Below, in pieces: positions 11,775 to 24,200 of a stretch of 64,000 nucleotides of DNA. Made by a program: the position numbers and the translations under genes. Below the pieces are notes generated by a model, which worked only from the letters and a program-made list of their open reading frames with translations, searched no databases and was not told where the DNA came from. This DNA is from Fimicolochytrium jonesii (taxonomy: Eukaryota): positions 744,001-808,000 of the forward strand of contig NW_026515675.1 in NCBI RefSeq assembly GCF_025526975.1, in the 5' to 3' direction. The number at the start of each line of letters is the position of its first letter. The stretch's first letter is position 1.

Positions 11775-11842
11775 CGGCTGGCAAACCAAAATACAACCCC
11801 CACGTTGTCGGCTGGCAAACCAAAATACAACCTCCACGTTGT
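11775..11842. repeat. 34-bp intergenic tandem duplication with one mismatch
   Basis: cggctggcaaaccaaaatacaacc(c/t)ccacgttgt occurs twice, back to back. Confidence 0.9.
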
Positions 11843-12476
11843 CCCGTACATCAGACTGGGATACCTCGTCACCCGATAGAGGCGCAGGTTGGGATCTGGG
11901 GCTTTCAGGCACCAAGAAACCTGATGAGTGTGGCTGGTGGCTCTCAACAAACTTATGCCTACGTTATGAAAGGGCGCCGACGATCGGTTACGGTATCCGT
12001 GGGGGAAAGTGTACGCCAAGTGACGGTGCCTCCAAGCGTAAGGAAGCCAAATTGCTGTTGACAGCTGCTTTGACAGCATGCTACGCGCTGTCGGAATTGG
12101 TTTCCATTCGCAGTTCGCCCGCGCCCGTCTGGGAAATCCGTGATCAGGACATCACCATGCGTTTCGTGGACGCATATCAGGTCCCCAGAGAGCACCAGAG
12201 CCCAAGGCCCTAGACTATGTAGGTACAGTACAGGCATACACATGCATGTACGTATATGTACAGCAGCAGCTTGCAGCGCAAGAACATTGAGTGAGCGATG
12301 GTACGGACGACAAAGGGTATACGAATTGGATGGTATGATACAGTTCGGAAAAAGTGCGTACATATGATACAGAAAAGACAGCGTGAAGAACATCACGACG
12401 TTGCAGAATCGGGAAAAGGTCAATTTTCGAGGAAAGCAGAACTACTCTATCAAAAGCCATCGTTGGGCACCTTAGT

Positions 12477-13733
12477 TTAGTTGGGAGGGATCGAGGGAGT
12501 GGGGATGGGATTCGCAAGGACGTATTTGAGGAACGCCTTGACGCCGGCAACGATTTCATTGCCTGTGGGGACGATCTGGGACGCTGGAAGGACGAACCCG
12601 TAGTTTCCGGTATCCCTCAGCTCAATGGTGTATCCGACCATCTTGGCTTTGGCGTTCATCCAGTCGTCGGTTGCGCCCGAGGCCGGGTACAGGTCAGCGC
12701 CGGCTTCGGAGGTGTATCTCGTTCCGGACTGGGCGCGGATGGCATCGCGGACACCATCACCCAAAGCCTTGTACTTGGCGGCGTTGTCAGGAGCGGTGTC
12801 GGTCCATCCCCATGGACGCAGAATCAACTGTCCGTAAGAATGGAAATCGATCCCGGCAAGGCGGTTGGGGATCTTGGTGACAAAGGAAGTGAGAGCCTTG
12901 TTCTCGAGCTCGGACCCAGGGCCGCTCCCGGGGAAGGTCTCATCGCACGGGTCGGACGATGTGCCCGCAACCGCCCAATGCTCATTGAAGTTACGATTCA
13001 AATCGGTCCCTACGCAAGAGCTTCCAGGGTTCTTTCTACGGTTCTTCCTCCACATCCGGTCGGTCTGGGTGTATACGTATCCGTCGGGGTTGGAGACGGG
13101 GGTAATATAAAAGTCGACCTTGTCGAGGTACGCGGCTAACGCCGGGTCGGAGCCGGTCAAGAGAACGTTGGCGAGGTACATAACGGTGGCGGGCGATATC
13201 CATTCACGAGCGTGGATGCCGCCGTTGAACCAGATGGCTTTCTTGGTTGAAGACGAACCCTTGGAGATCTTGAAAGCGGGGATGGCACGATTCTCAACGG
13301 TGGTTCCAATTGAACCGAGATTGGTGAACAGCGCGGGGTACGCCTTGGCCCAATCGGCGATCTTGGTGTTGATTTCGGCGTACGTGCGGTACTTTGAGAA
13401 AAACGTGTCGCTGGTCTGCCGACGGTCCAGGGTTGCCGGCTCGTTCTCGGTCTTGATGAGCCGAGCAATGTCCTCAATGAAAGAACCGCATTGAGCGCCG
13501 GTTGCCTCCAGGGCTCGTTGCTGCTCGGCGTTGACTCGAATGTCGACGGGGCGGTTCAGGCCGATGTGATGTGACCATACATCGAGTTTTGCGGACTTGA
13601 TATGCTGAACTTGTGCATCGTCGTTGAGCGTGCATCGGAGCACCTGCTGGTCACGGTAGGGATTCGGCGCAGGCGATGCAAGAACTGCAGAGACCGCAAG
13701 GGCTAAAGGCGCAAGGGATGAGAACCAGCTCAT
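12477..13733 (-). CDS. Secreted M14A zinc carboxypeptidase with prodomain; carboxypeptidase B-like S1' pocket
   Basis: Signal peptide; prodomain ending in LDRR; GIHAREW, WRKNR, DLNRNF, DFHSYGQ, YPASGATDDW, YTIELRD. Intronless, 418 aa. Confidence 0.95.
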   Translation of the reverse strand: MSWFSSLAPLALAVSAVLASPAPNPYRDQQVLRCTLNDDAQVQHIKSAKLDVWSHHIGLNRPVDIRVNAEQQRALEATGAQCGSFIEDIARLIKTENEPATLDRRQTSDTFFSKYRTYAEINTKIADWAKAYPALFTNLGSIGTTVENRAIPAFKISKGSSSTKKAIWFNGGIHAREWISPATVMYLANVLLTGSDPALAAYLDKVDFYITPVSNPDGYVYTQTDRMWRKNRRKNPGSSCVGTDLNRNFNEHWAVAGTSSDPCDETFPGSGPGSELENKALTSFVTKIPNRLAGIDFHSYGQLILRPWGWTDTAPDNAAKYKALGDGVRDAIRAQSGTRYTSEAGADLYPASGATDDWMNAKAKMVGYTIELRDTGNYGFVLPASQIVPTGNEIVAGVKAFLKYVLANPIPTPSIPPN

Positions 13734-15622
13734 GATGAAATGTGACAGAAAAATTTGGAAGTGTGGGTGCTGCAGGTATGGGGAGTGGATACGACGCTGC
13801 TTCCTTTTATGCGATTCGGGGATCTATGGCGATGGTCTTTGTTCCTTCGTTCTTCTGGTGTCATCTTCTACGTCCCAGGCACGTAAACGTATCTCTCATA
13901 TTCTTCCATAGGGCTCGCGGCGGGCCGAGATCAAACACAATGATCCCACTGATTGGCAGCGGCATCATGGGTGGGCGTTTACCCCGACGACCTCTAGTAT
14001 GTTCCGTCCCATGCTGTACATGTATCAAAGTCAGAGATCCCATCTCAGGCGTCTGCGTGATAGGTATTGACATCCGAAATGCACCAGCATACAGTATACG
14101 TGGTCCCTGTCCACAGCCAGATTGGGAATGTCACGGTGCATGATCAACACGCAGGCTGGGTTATATGCATTTTAGACAGACGCTGCCTAAGCCGCATGGA
14201 TCCGGGGAGATTGATTGTGCCTGCGTACTGATATACGGGGTAAAAGCAGCCTGTTGCTGGCTGGATGCGGATGTCTGATCGCTGAGGCTGCTGCCTATCT
14301 GTGAGATGACGACGCCAGGGGCAAAATACGCGTGGGCGCAACGCGTATACGCACTGTACTGTACTTTAGAGTTTACCGTATGTATGTACATACCTATATA
14401 TAAGCCGCGGGGATCAAGAATCCAGATCCAGGGTGCTCTTCTGATCAGGATTCGGACAGCGCAAGCACCTCCCCTCGTTTGCATCCCTCGTCGTTCAAAT
14501 GGCAACCTGAGCCCTCATGGAGTCCGATCACAGGGCTCGCATGCATGATGCACACTATCAATACGAAGATATCTCGCACGCCGGTCATGTACGGTACGCT
14601 ATGTAACCCGTGGGGTCTGGAGCCATGGGCGCGGATAAGCAATACGGCTTGGCGCCGAATATCACCCGCCGTAATAGTTCTTGTCACTTGGTCGTTTCTG
14701 GGTGGTATGAGATCTCAGATCAGGGAGATGTGAAGAGCTCGCTGACGTCAGGTTCTTGAGGATACCATTCACCATACAGTCACAAACTAATTATCGTGTT
14801 CAAAACGGGAATCAGTAAACTACCGGAGTATTAAGCGTTTGAACCTAAAGTTACATATCTAGACCTAAGCTACAGACGCCCGAACGTTCTCCCCAGAGTC
14901 ACCCGATATGGTTTCCACGAACCTCCAGAATGTCTCTTTGAACTCCTTGCCACCGCAGGCGTAACAACAAAATGCACCCCAAGCATCGAGGCGTCAAGGG
15001 AATTCCAGGGGGTTGTCGGCGACCAAGGGTCACTCGAAGTTGCTTGATGAGAACCACCAATAGTTCGACGGTGAGACGGCCGGTAGCCTGACGCTCCTGT
15101 TCCGACATCTAAAATGCAGCACGCACATCGAACACGGTCATTTTCATCCCACCGCTTCCGTTGACGGTGGTGGTGGGAAACATGGGCAGATCGGGACCTA
15201 GACGGTGCACGTGGGAAAATGAAGAGAACGAGGACATACCGTCAGGAGAAATCACCGGCCAGTCGTGGGAACGTGGCCACCGTGGGCAGATGAGGATATG
15301 TGGCAGAGGTCGGTAACGCTCTCTCATGCGGAGTTATCGCACACCAGTGCTGTTGGAGACTGTATATGTACTGGGACGTTCTCTCATAGGTCGGATCCAT
15401 CTATCTACGTACATCAGAAATCTTGCGAATTATGCGATGCGTTGGCCTCCCTGACCGTAGGCGCACGACACGCACTGTGGTTTCGCTGGCTTGGGTGACA
15501 CGAAAGACTTGAGTTCGAAAAGAGCGTCCAAAAGCGTTCAAAATTGTATACAATAATCAGCAGAAGAAAGCCCCAGACATCCCTCTAATCTAATCAGCGT
15601 CCTCCAAGAAAATCAAACGGCT

Positions 15623-18272
15623 TCATGCATAATGTTTCGTCTTGCCCACAAGCCCTCTTGCAGACGGCGGCGCCTTTGCATCATCCTCCGCCTGCAACTT
15701 AGTCGGCGTCGGCGTAGCCACATTCTTCTCCCGACTCCCCTTCGTCGGCGTCCGTTTAGCTCCCACAGTCCCCGGCCTCTTCCCTGACGGCCGATCCCCG
15801 CTCCCCAACCCCTTCTTCCCCATCTCCCCCCCACCAGCCGTCTTCTTCCGCTTCCCGCCCGACCCCACCGGCGTGTCGTATGATAAATACGGATCCGGAA
15901 ACGCAACCATCGGATTCCACGGCGGCTCCTCCCCATCCATCCCCTGCTCGCCCGCAGGCCCATACTGATCACGATGCAGCGGCAACCCCGACACCAAGCT
16001 CCGTTTCCCACGGATATTGTTCCCGGCATGCGCGATATGCGCTATCCGCCACTTCTCGCTCGTCTCATCGTACTCGGCGAACGATTCAAGGAGCTCCAGC
16101 GAGTCCCGGGGTACGAACGAGTCGAGGACCAACATGCGGAGTTTGAGCTCGCGGGTGAGATCGCGGACTGTTTCGAGGAGCTGTTCGCGCTCGCGTTGGT
16201 GTTCTTCTTGGAGGTCTTTGATCTCGGATTTGTGCCGCATGAGGAGGGTCCAGAGTTTTTTGAGCTTTTTGGTCTTGGCCGCGGCTTCTTCCTGTAATGA
16301 TGAGAATTCTTCCTCGATCTGTAGACCTGCCTCCTCGTGTTCTTCGAGTTCCCGGGCCAGTTCACGTTCCCGTCTTGCACGTTCTTCGATCTCCTGTTGT
16401 TGTTTGGCCAGTTCCAGTTTCTGCCCCTCGTGTTTATCGATCGCGTTCACGCCCCCGATCAGCAGCTTTTGTTCCAGCTGGGAGAGTTTGGCGGTTAATT
16501 GGTTCCGCGCTTCCTTTTCGGACTCGAGCTCGGCGCCGCGGGAGTTGAGGGCGTCGAGGAGACGGTTGCGTTCGGATTCTTCAATGTCTTTGGATTCGAG
16601 GATGTGGCGTTTCTCGGCTTCTACTTGTTCTTGCATCTCGACTAGCATCTTTTCGTGGTCTGGATGCGATAGTTGTGCACCACCGCCGCCCGGAGCGGAT
16701 GCTCTGGTATCTGTGCTGGGTGGGGCGGCTACTTTGACTTTGACCCTTTTTGCCTTTGTCTTCTTTGGCTTCTCTCCGCGGGGTTCCGGGGCCGCTCCAG
16801 GTACTTGGTCCGGGATGTCTACGTCTTCTATCTCTTCCACCTCTTCGATCTCTTCCACCTCTTGGATGATGGGTTCGCCTGTCACTCCTGTTCCGCTGCT
16901 GTCCATTTGGTCTAGCTGGGCTTTTAGGCGCTTGATTTCTTCTTGGAACTCTCTCAGCATCGCGTCCTATAGGAATTGAGGGTGCCCATCTTTAGTTGGA
17001 GCAAATGGCACCTTACAAAGCAGCACACATCAGCAAGTACCTTCGGATCCTCATTGATCTTCGGCTTATTCTTGATATTCTTCGCCCGATTCGCGTACCG
17101 CAGCGTCGACAGCGTCTCCTCAAAGTTATAACTCGCCGGACTCATAGTCGCCACCATCAACGTCTTCGCATTCCCACCCAGCGAGTCCTGCAACAGCCGC
17201 GTGAGCTTCGAATCCCGATACGGGATATGCGAGCTCTTCCCATCCACCAGCGTACTAATGACGTTCCCCAACGCCGACAGAGACAGATTGATCTTGGTGG
17301 CCTCCTTCAACCGATCCCCGGTCGCGCCAGTCTTGCCCTGCCGTTCTGAACCAGCCAGATCGACCAAATGCAGTTTTCCGGCGCGGATGTGCTCTTCCCC
17401 ATCTTGGCCCTTTTCGCTGGCTTCGACTGTGATGCTGAAAATGGAATGGGAGCGTGAACTCGTCGCGTTCATTTCCGTCGCGCCGACGGAGCGGTTCTTG
17501 TTTCCAAACGACATCAATCGGTCCATCTCTTCCACATCCTTGATCACGAACGTCCTCAGGTCCTTTACGTAGATACCAATATCTGCGCGCTCCTTGATTT
17601 CTAGCTTGCCGGCTTTCGGGTTGAGGAGATCTCTGATGTCCTCGTTGTAGATCTCGAGGTAGGATGCTCGAACCAGGAACTGGGTGGATTTGTCCGCCAT
17701 GGAGATTTCGGCGAAGATGTGCGCAAAGGCGTTAGGGATGATTCCTCGCAGCTCTGGGACATCGCGGATGCCCTCCATGGAGAAGGTCTACCACCCGATA
17801 TCTCATTAGCCTTCGATGAATATATTCACATCTTGCCAAGGCCTAATCACGAACCTTTCCGGTGCCCGTTTGCCCATATGCAAAGATCGTGCCATTGTAA
17901 CCATTAAGTACACTCTCGATGATGGGTCTCGCCGTCTTATTATAGACCTCCTGCTGTGTACTGGAGATATCAAACACACTATCGAAGGTGAATGTCTTTG
18001 GGAGATCGGAGGCGCTCTTTGGGTTTGTGATGGCGACAGTCGCGGCCTCTTTGCTTATCGCTACGATATTCGAGTGTCCGGCGGCCTTCTCTTTCTCACT
18101 GAAGGGTCTACATCTGACTACGACCTTGACCGCCTCTCGTTCCTGTACGTGTGCGAGTATAATAGGTAGGTCAATGAGCAACGCACCAAGCAAGCTTCCA
18201 CGCGTTGAACCTGACGTGGACGTGTCTCTCCTCTAACACGGCGGCCCTAGGACAGCGGACACTCACCGACAT
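15623..18272 (-). CDS. KIF3A: Kinesin-2 motor subunit, KIF3A/FLA10-like (intraflagellar transport)
   Basis: 6-nt first exon ATGTCG (18272-18267); [64 protein letters not shown]; stalk KKLWTLL...LQEEHQRE matches the KIF3A type. Confidence 0.92.
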
Positions 18273-18993
18273 GACTGTACGTGGGAAGTGTGTGTGTCGC
18301 TGACTGACTTACCGGACGTAGCAGGGGTCTGGTTGCGCCGGGTGAGTGGGTGGTGCAGACAGCGGACAGCCCAGGCGGTGGAGCCGTGCGGTGTTTCTGG
18401 CGGTTGGGACGCGTCGCTCCCTCAGACTTTCTAAGCAGGCAGGCTTCTCGGGCTTGTGATCGGATGGATTGACGCCCCTGTCGCAAAAGTTTCCCGTCAG
18501 TACAGTCTCTGACGGCATAGGAATATGCTACTGAGTGGTATATCAGTGTTCGTAGACCCCGCTCAACGACTGTGAATGAACGCCCGGTGGATCTGGAGCA
18601 ACGGGCTGATGGGGGGCCCTCTATCTCATAAATCCGGTTCCTATGTACTGTACATAGGGACAGACAGCCGGGCGACCGCAATGCCAGACGATGTAAAGAT
18701 CCACCATTGCCGGCTGCCAGTTGCATTCATATTGCAATGTAGGCCTGCATCGCATCAGCAGCGAGTGAATCATGCGTGAGATCGCACAGGGAGTAGATCC
18801 GATAGATCAACGCGGCGCGTCGCAAAGCCGTGACGTTTTGCACAAAGAAACTCAGCTGTGCGTGCGAACCTTTTTTTTCGCTCGACCCCATCACCGCCTG
18901 TTTATCACAGCTGCCACTGCGGGCAACCGCCTCTTCGCCACCGCAACATACCAACCAAACAGCTTCAAGGCTCGAAAGTTATCCAGCAACAAC

Positions 18994-20341
18994 ATGTCCT
19001 GCAAAACCATCAGCGCGGCAAATGTCGCCGAGTCCTTCATGTAAGTAGGACCCTGGCGAAACGAGCCGGCAACCGACCAAAAGCCTCGTTTGGACCCTGG
19101 GAATTCGAGGCCGAAACCTTCCCAAGCTTCTCGTCTTCAACCGACTGCGAAAACTGACGGTATGCGTTTGTTATTTCAGCTCCGAGCTTAAGCAACAGAT
19201 CACAGCCTTGGAAACGAAACCATTACTCGTCGCGTTCCTTGCCAATGAGGACCCCGCTGCCGCCAAATATGCCGAGTGGAGTGCAAAAACGTGTGCAGAG
19301 ACCGGGCTGAGGTTCGAGTGTAGGCGATGCCCACGAACGGAACTGGAGGACCGCCTCATTGAAGCGAATGAGGATAAGAATGTTCACGGGATTATGGTCT
19401 ATTATCCCGTCTTTGGCGGAACACAGGTTTGGTTGGTCTTCTTGTAACGGAGGCGCAGGGTAAAAGACTAAACCTCTCGATGGCTGCAGGATGGATACAT
19501 ACAAAACATCGTGAGCCCGCAAAAGGATGTGGAAGTAAGTCGCTTGTGTCTGCAACTTGAACGTCCGTCTTCCCTACCGCACGAGACTTAGGCGCGTTTT
19601 CTGCCCTCATTAGGGCCTCTGTTTCAAATACAGATATAACATGTACCACAACGTGCGATACCTGGATAAGGAAAATACCATCAAGTGCATACTTCCATGC
19701 ACGCCATTGGCATTGGTCAAGGTATAATATCGCATTCATCGTCTTCGCGTTATGTCTCCAAATGCCTAGTCTCACACGTTCACACCCCAGATCCTAGAAT
19801 ACATCGGCGCATACAACAAGATACTCAACTACGGCGACCGTCTCCACGGCAAGACCATCACCATCATCAACCGAAGCGAGGTCGTAGGTCGTCCATTGGC
19901 GGCTCTTCTCGCCAACGACGGCGCCAAGGTGTACTCAGTCGATGTCGATGGAATCATGGAGCTGCATAGAGGACAAGGGTTGCATCTGAAGAAGCATGAG
20001 GTGCGATCCACCGTCCCTCTCCCCGTTCCGCCCCCAGAGTCGATCACTAACAACCTGTTTCCGCGCACACCCAGGTCTTCGAAACAGACTGCACCCTCCC
20101 CGAAGCCCTCTCCCGCTCCGACATCGTCATCACCGGCGTCCCGTCCCCCACCTACAAGCTCGAAACCGCACAACTCAAAGACGGCGTCATCGCCGTCAAC
20201 TTCTCCACCGCCAAAAACTTCCAGGACGATATCAAGGGCAAAGCGTCCATATACGTGCCCTCGGTCGGTAAAGTCACTGTTGCGATGCTGCAGAGGAATC
20301 TGTTACGGCTGTTTGAGTATCAGACCAAGGTGAAGATATGA
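18994..20341 (+). CDS. MTD1: NAD-dependent methylenetetrahydrofolate dehydrogenase
   Basis: Spliced: PLLVAFLANEDPAAAKYAEWS, VHGIMVYYPVFG, KDVE|GL, ILPCTPLALVK, INRSEVVGRPLAALLANDGA, YVPSVGKVTVAMLQRNLLRL. Divergent from the kinesin gene. Confidence 0.93.
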
Positions 20342-20542
20342 TGAGGATCGTGGGTGGGACTGGTTCATATCATAGACATAATACACATCCATGCTGCATT
20401 TGCCATTACTATCTATACTTCCGTTGCTGGATACGTCTACACTTCTCGGGGACCACGTCCCGCCCAGATTCTACCTCAAAGAAACCTACGCCTGACTACA
20501 CAACGTACCCAAATTTCCTGAGACTCTACAATCCCCCCACGG

Positions 20543-21212
20543 CTACCTCGGCCTCTCCTGCCCCGGATGCTGCTGCCCCCCACCCTGAAACGCGCCCGGC
20601 GGCGGCCCATTCGCCTGCCTCGGCGGCGACCGATTCCCCTGCCCCTGGTGATACTGCCCCTGGTGATACTGCATCTGATGCCCCTGATACGCCGGCGCGG
20701 ACGAGAACGTATGGGCGGGGTAATACGCCGGCGACTGGATACTGTCGGACGACGGCTGTGTATAGGGTGCCAGGTAGGTGGGTGCCGGTGGACTCAGGCC
20801 CATTGACGGGGATGTGGCGTAATCCCTTCCATACGATGCATCACTGGGCATGTCCGATTGACCAGGCCGCGACGCCTGTCGATACGCGCCCTGTCTGTAC
20901 AGCGGGCGAGAGGAGAAGGGGATGGGTGCGGGGGCGGTGGAGGGATGTGGTGATGAGTGGGGGATTTGAGGAGAGATGTGTGCGTTGGTGTAGGGGCCTG
21001 AGTGGGATGGCGCGGTGTAGCCTGTGGAGGGGTGTGAGGGGGCTGGCGGGTGTTGGGGCGGCTGGTATTGTGGGTAGGCTTGGTGGGGTGCGGTTGATGG
21101 CGCGAAGGTTCCGTATGGTGTAGGGGATTGGGATGCGGGTGATGAGTTTGCGGCGGGGAAATGTACATGTTGATGCTGGTGATGTTGCGGTTGCTGCTGC
21201 TGTTGATGTTGA

Positions 21213-21247
<35 letters not shown>

Positions 21248-24200
21248 ATACTGACGTTTCTCCCCCGCCACCGCATACGTCTGGCCCTGCCCCGCCCTCG
21301 CCGCCGCCAACTCCTCATACCTAAGCCTCTCCATCTCCCTCTCCTTCGCCAACTCAGCCAGACTAGCCGCAATGGCTGCTTTCATGTCCGGGTCCTCGGG
21401 ACTGTCTGATCTCGGCGCGGCTGGGTATTGTGGGATGGGTTGCCTTTCCTCGAGGCTTTGGCGGGACGTGGAGGGGTGCGGGCGCTCGTTACTTTGATTT
21501 GCAGCGGATGAGGGACGCTGTGAAGCGGCTTGTGTTGGTCTGGAGGTCTCCGGTTTGGCGCTTGTTAGAGGCGCAGGGGGCCGCTGTGCACCATCAAGTG
21601 GCCTACCCTGCGCACCCAAACTCTGGCGATTCGGGTCGGGCTTCGGAGGCGAAATGTTCGCACCAGGCCGCTGGACCAGTGATGGAGGTGGGACGATGGG
21701 TTGTCCGCGGGACTTGTTGCGGGGTGGCGGGACCCCAATCTGGGTGGTAGGCGGGACGTACATGGGTGGCGTGTATACCGATTGCGGCGAGATGATTTCC
21801 GGAACCACAGCTGCGGGTCGATTGCCCGCGGATACAGGGCGTTGTGATTGGACTGCTTGTTGTGGCTGGGATAGAGAGGGGTACGTTGAAGCCGGCGCCG
21901 AATCTGGTTGCGGGACAGGACGGGACGCAGGCACAGCCATATCGATTGGGCGGGTTTGCTGTGCAGTGTACGGGTACGCCGGAGGCACGACACCCTGCGC
22001 GTCCCTCTGCTGCTCAGCTTGCGGCATCCCCGTAGCATCAGAACCCCGCCTCCCCTGCTGTAGCGGCACCCCCGACCCAACATTCATATGTCCATTCGAC
22101 TCCCGTCGGGGCGGGGACACTGGCGCGGACAAACCGGGCGCGGGTCCAGAATGCTGCCGCTGCATCGGCGCAGATGTCTCACCCGGCGCAGGCCGCGAGG
22201 GGCGGCGATTATGAAACAAAGACCTTGTCGGTGCACCTGCATTGCCGCCCTCGCGGCCGGGTAACCTAGCCAGTGGCGTGCTTGAATCCTGTGACGCCGT
22301 GATTTCAAGGCTCGCTGCTTGCTGTTCCGGCGCGGGGGCTAGGGCTTCAGAGGTACGACGAGACCCAGCCTGCTGTTCACCTTGCGTTGTAGGCGTAGGT
22401 GCCCGCACTTCCGCGCCACGAGGAGATCCATCCGACTGCACATCGATCGACCGCCGTGACTGCTGCTGGGGTATGCTCGGCTGAACGAACTGTGCGGAGC
22501 TCCGACGAGATCCATCGGAGCCTGAATCGATCGAACGCCTCGCGTTGTGGTCAAAGCTTTCGTCCTTGGCGGTGGGTATGCTTGCTTGGAAGGATTGTGA
22601 GGAGCTGCGACGGGATCCGTCGGATGGGGAATCGATTGAGTTCCGCGGTTTGGAGTCGGAGGCTTCGCGCTTTTCCGACGATACGTTTGGCTGAACCAAC
22701 TGTGGGTTTGGCGCGATGCTTCTTTGAACCGGTACTAGTTCGGAAACTCTTGCGGGTGCCTGTACAGGAACCGCCGTCCGCTCCGAAGGCAGCGCCAGCG
22801 CCGGTAACGGCTTCTCCTCCAACCGCTGCTGCTGGAGGATAGCTTCACTTTCCGGAGGTGGAGCTGTAATGGCACCAGGAGACGCAACCGATGCTCGTTT
22901 CGCTGGCCCTGTGATGCGGCTAGACCTCCTCAGTCCGTCCACTGGCTTTTGCGCGAGCAGGTTCTTGTGCATCACTACGGGCATCTTTGTGGGTGGGGTT
23001 GGCAGGCTTCCGAGCTCGCGGAGGCTGGACACAAAGACTGATGGCGTTAGCAGGCCGGGGGAACCTGTCGGTTGACCAAAGGCTTCGTCAGTACTCCATC
23101 TCCATCAAAACGGATAAAAACTCGACCATGTCGCACCTATATAAACCTCCCTCTGCGACGTCGACATAACCTCCCTCGCAACCCGCAACTCCGGGAACGT
23201 AACCCCATCAACAAACAGCACAATGATCCGGCTCCCATTCGCACGCAAATCCACATTCACATCCGCACCGGTTGGCGGTTTCCTACTCGCCCACATCGGC
23301 TGAAACTCTCCACTGAACGAGATCAGCGTTCCTCGGCCAATCTGCTTTTCCTGGCTAGCTCCGGTGCTGCCCTCATCGTCCATCGCCGCTGGGTTGGTGT
23401 TGGCGTCGGTGGTGGGGAACATTTGCGGGTCCAGCTCGCCCGCTATCGCGTCCTGTAATATGTACTTCAAGGCCGGGACGTATCTGTGGATATCGTACGG
23501 TTGTTCCTCTTCGCTGGTGCTTGTCCGTTTACGAGATTTTTGTCGTAACGCCCTCCTTCCCACATCCGTATACCTCCATTGTGGGTTGAGGGGATCGATC
23601 TCGCCAGGGACGGCGCCGATGTAATCGAGGCCTCGTAAGGTGGGTATCTCCGCCATCAGCTGGCCGACTTCGACCAGGTGTCTCCGGTCCGCTCCCGCTG
23701 AGCCCAGGATGAACGTTAGTAACGTGCGTAGCTTGTCTTCTACGAGGTAATTTGGGTCCTCTAATATTTGTTCCAGGTGTTGGAGGAGAGTAGGTGGCCG
23801 TTTCGTTCCATCTGGATCTTCACCCGTTGCGATGGTCTGTTGTATGTTGGCGAGGTCCCCAATTTTCCTCTCATTGACGTTCTGCATGATCTCAGCGTAC
23901 AAGTGAATGTGCAAGGCAACTTTCTCGAAACGCTTCTGCGCTTGAGGAAGCCCCAGCAGCTTCTCCTTCAGTGCGTCGATCTTCTTCAATGAGTCCAAGG
24001 AGGTCTCCGAGTCCGAGGTGCTGTCATCGAGATCATTTTTCGCCTGCAGGATCTTCTTCCAGGCATCTGCTACGAAGAGATCGCGGACTTCGTTCTGAAC
24101 AATGTAAGAATTCGTGAGTTCCTGCCAATCATCCAATACTAGCAACGGGTGAACTTACAAAGACGGAATCCGCTTCGTCCACTATCGCAGTCTGGATTCC

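Noticed and set aside
11775..11842. 34-bp direct repeat as a possible CRISPR-like unit
   Set aside because: Only two adjacent copies, no spacer, eukaryotic context.
13742..15500. Short overlapping ORFs between the carboxypeptidase and kinesin
   Set aside because: No motifs, codon bias or consistent splice model.
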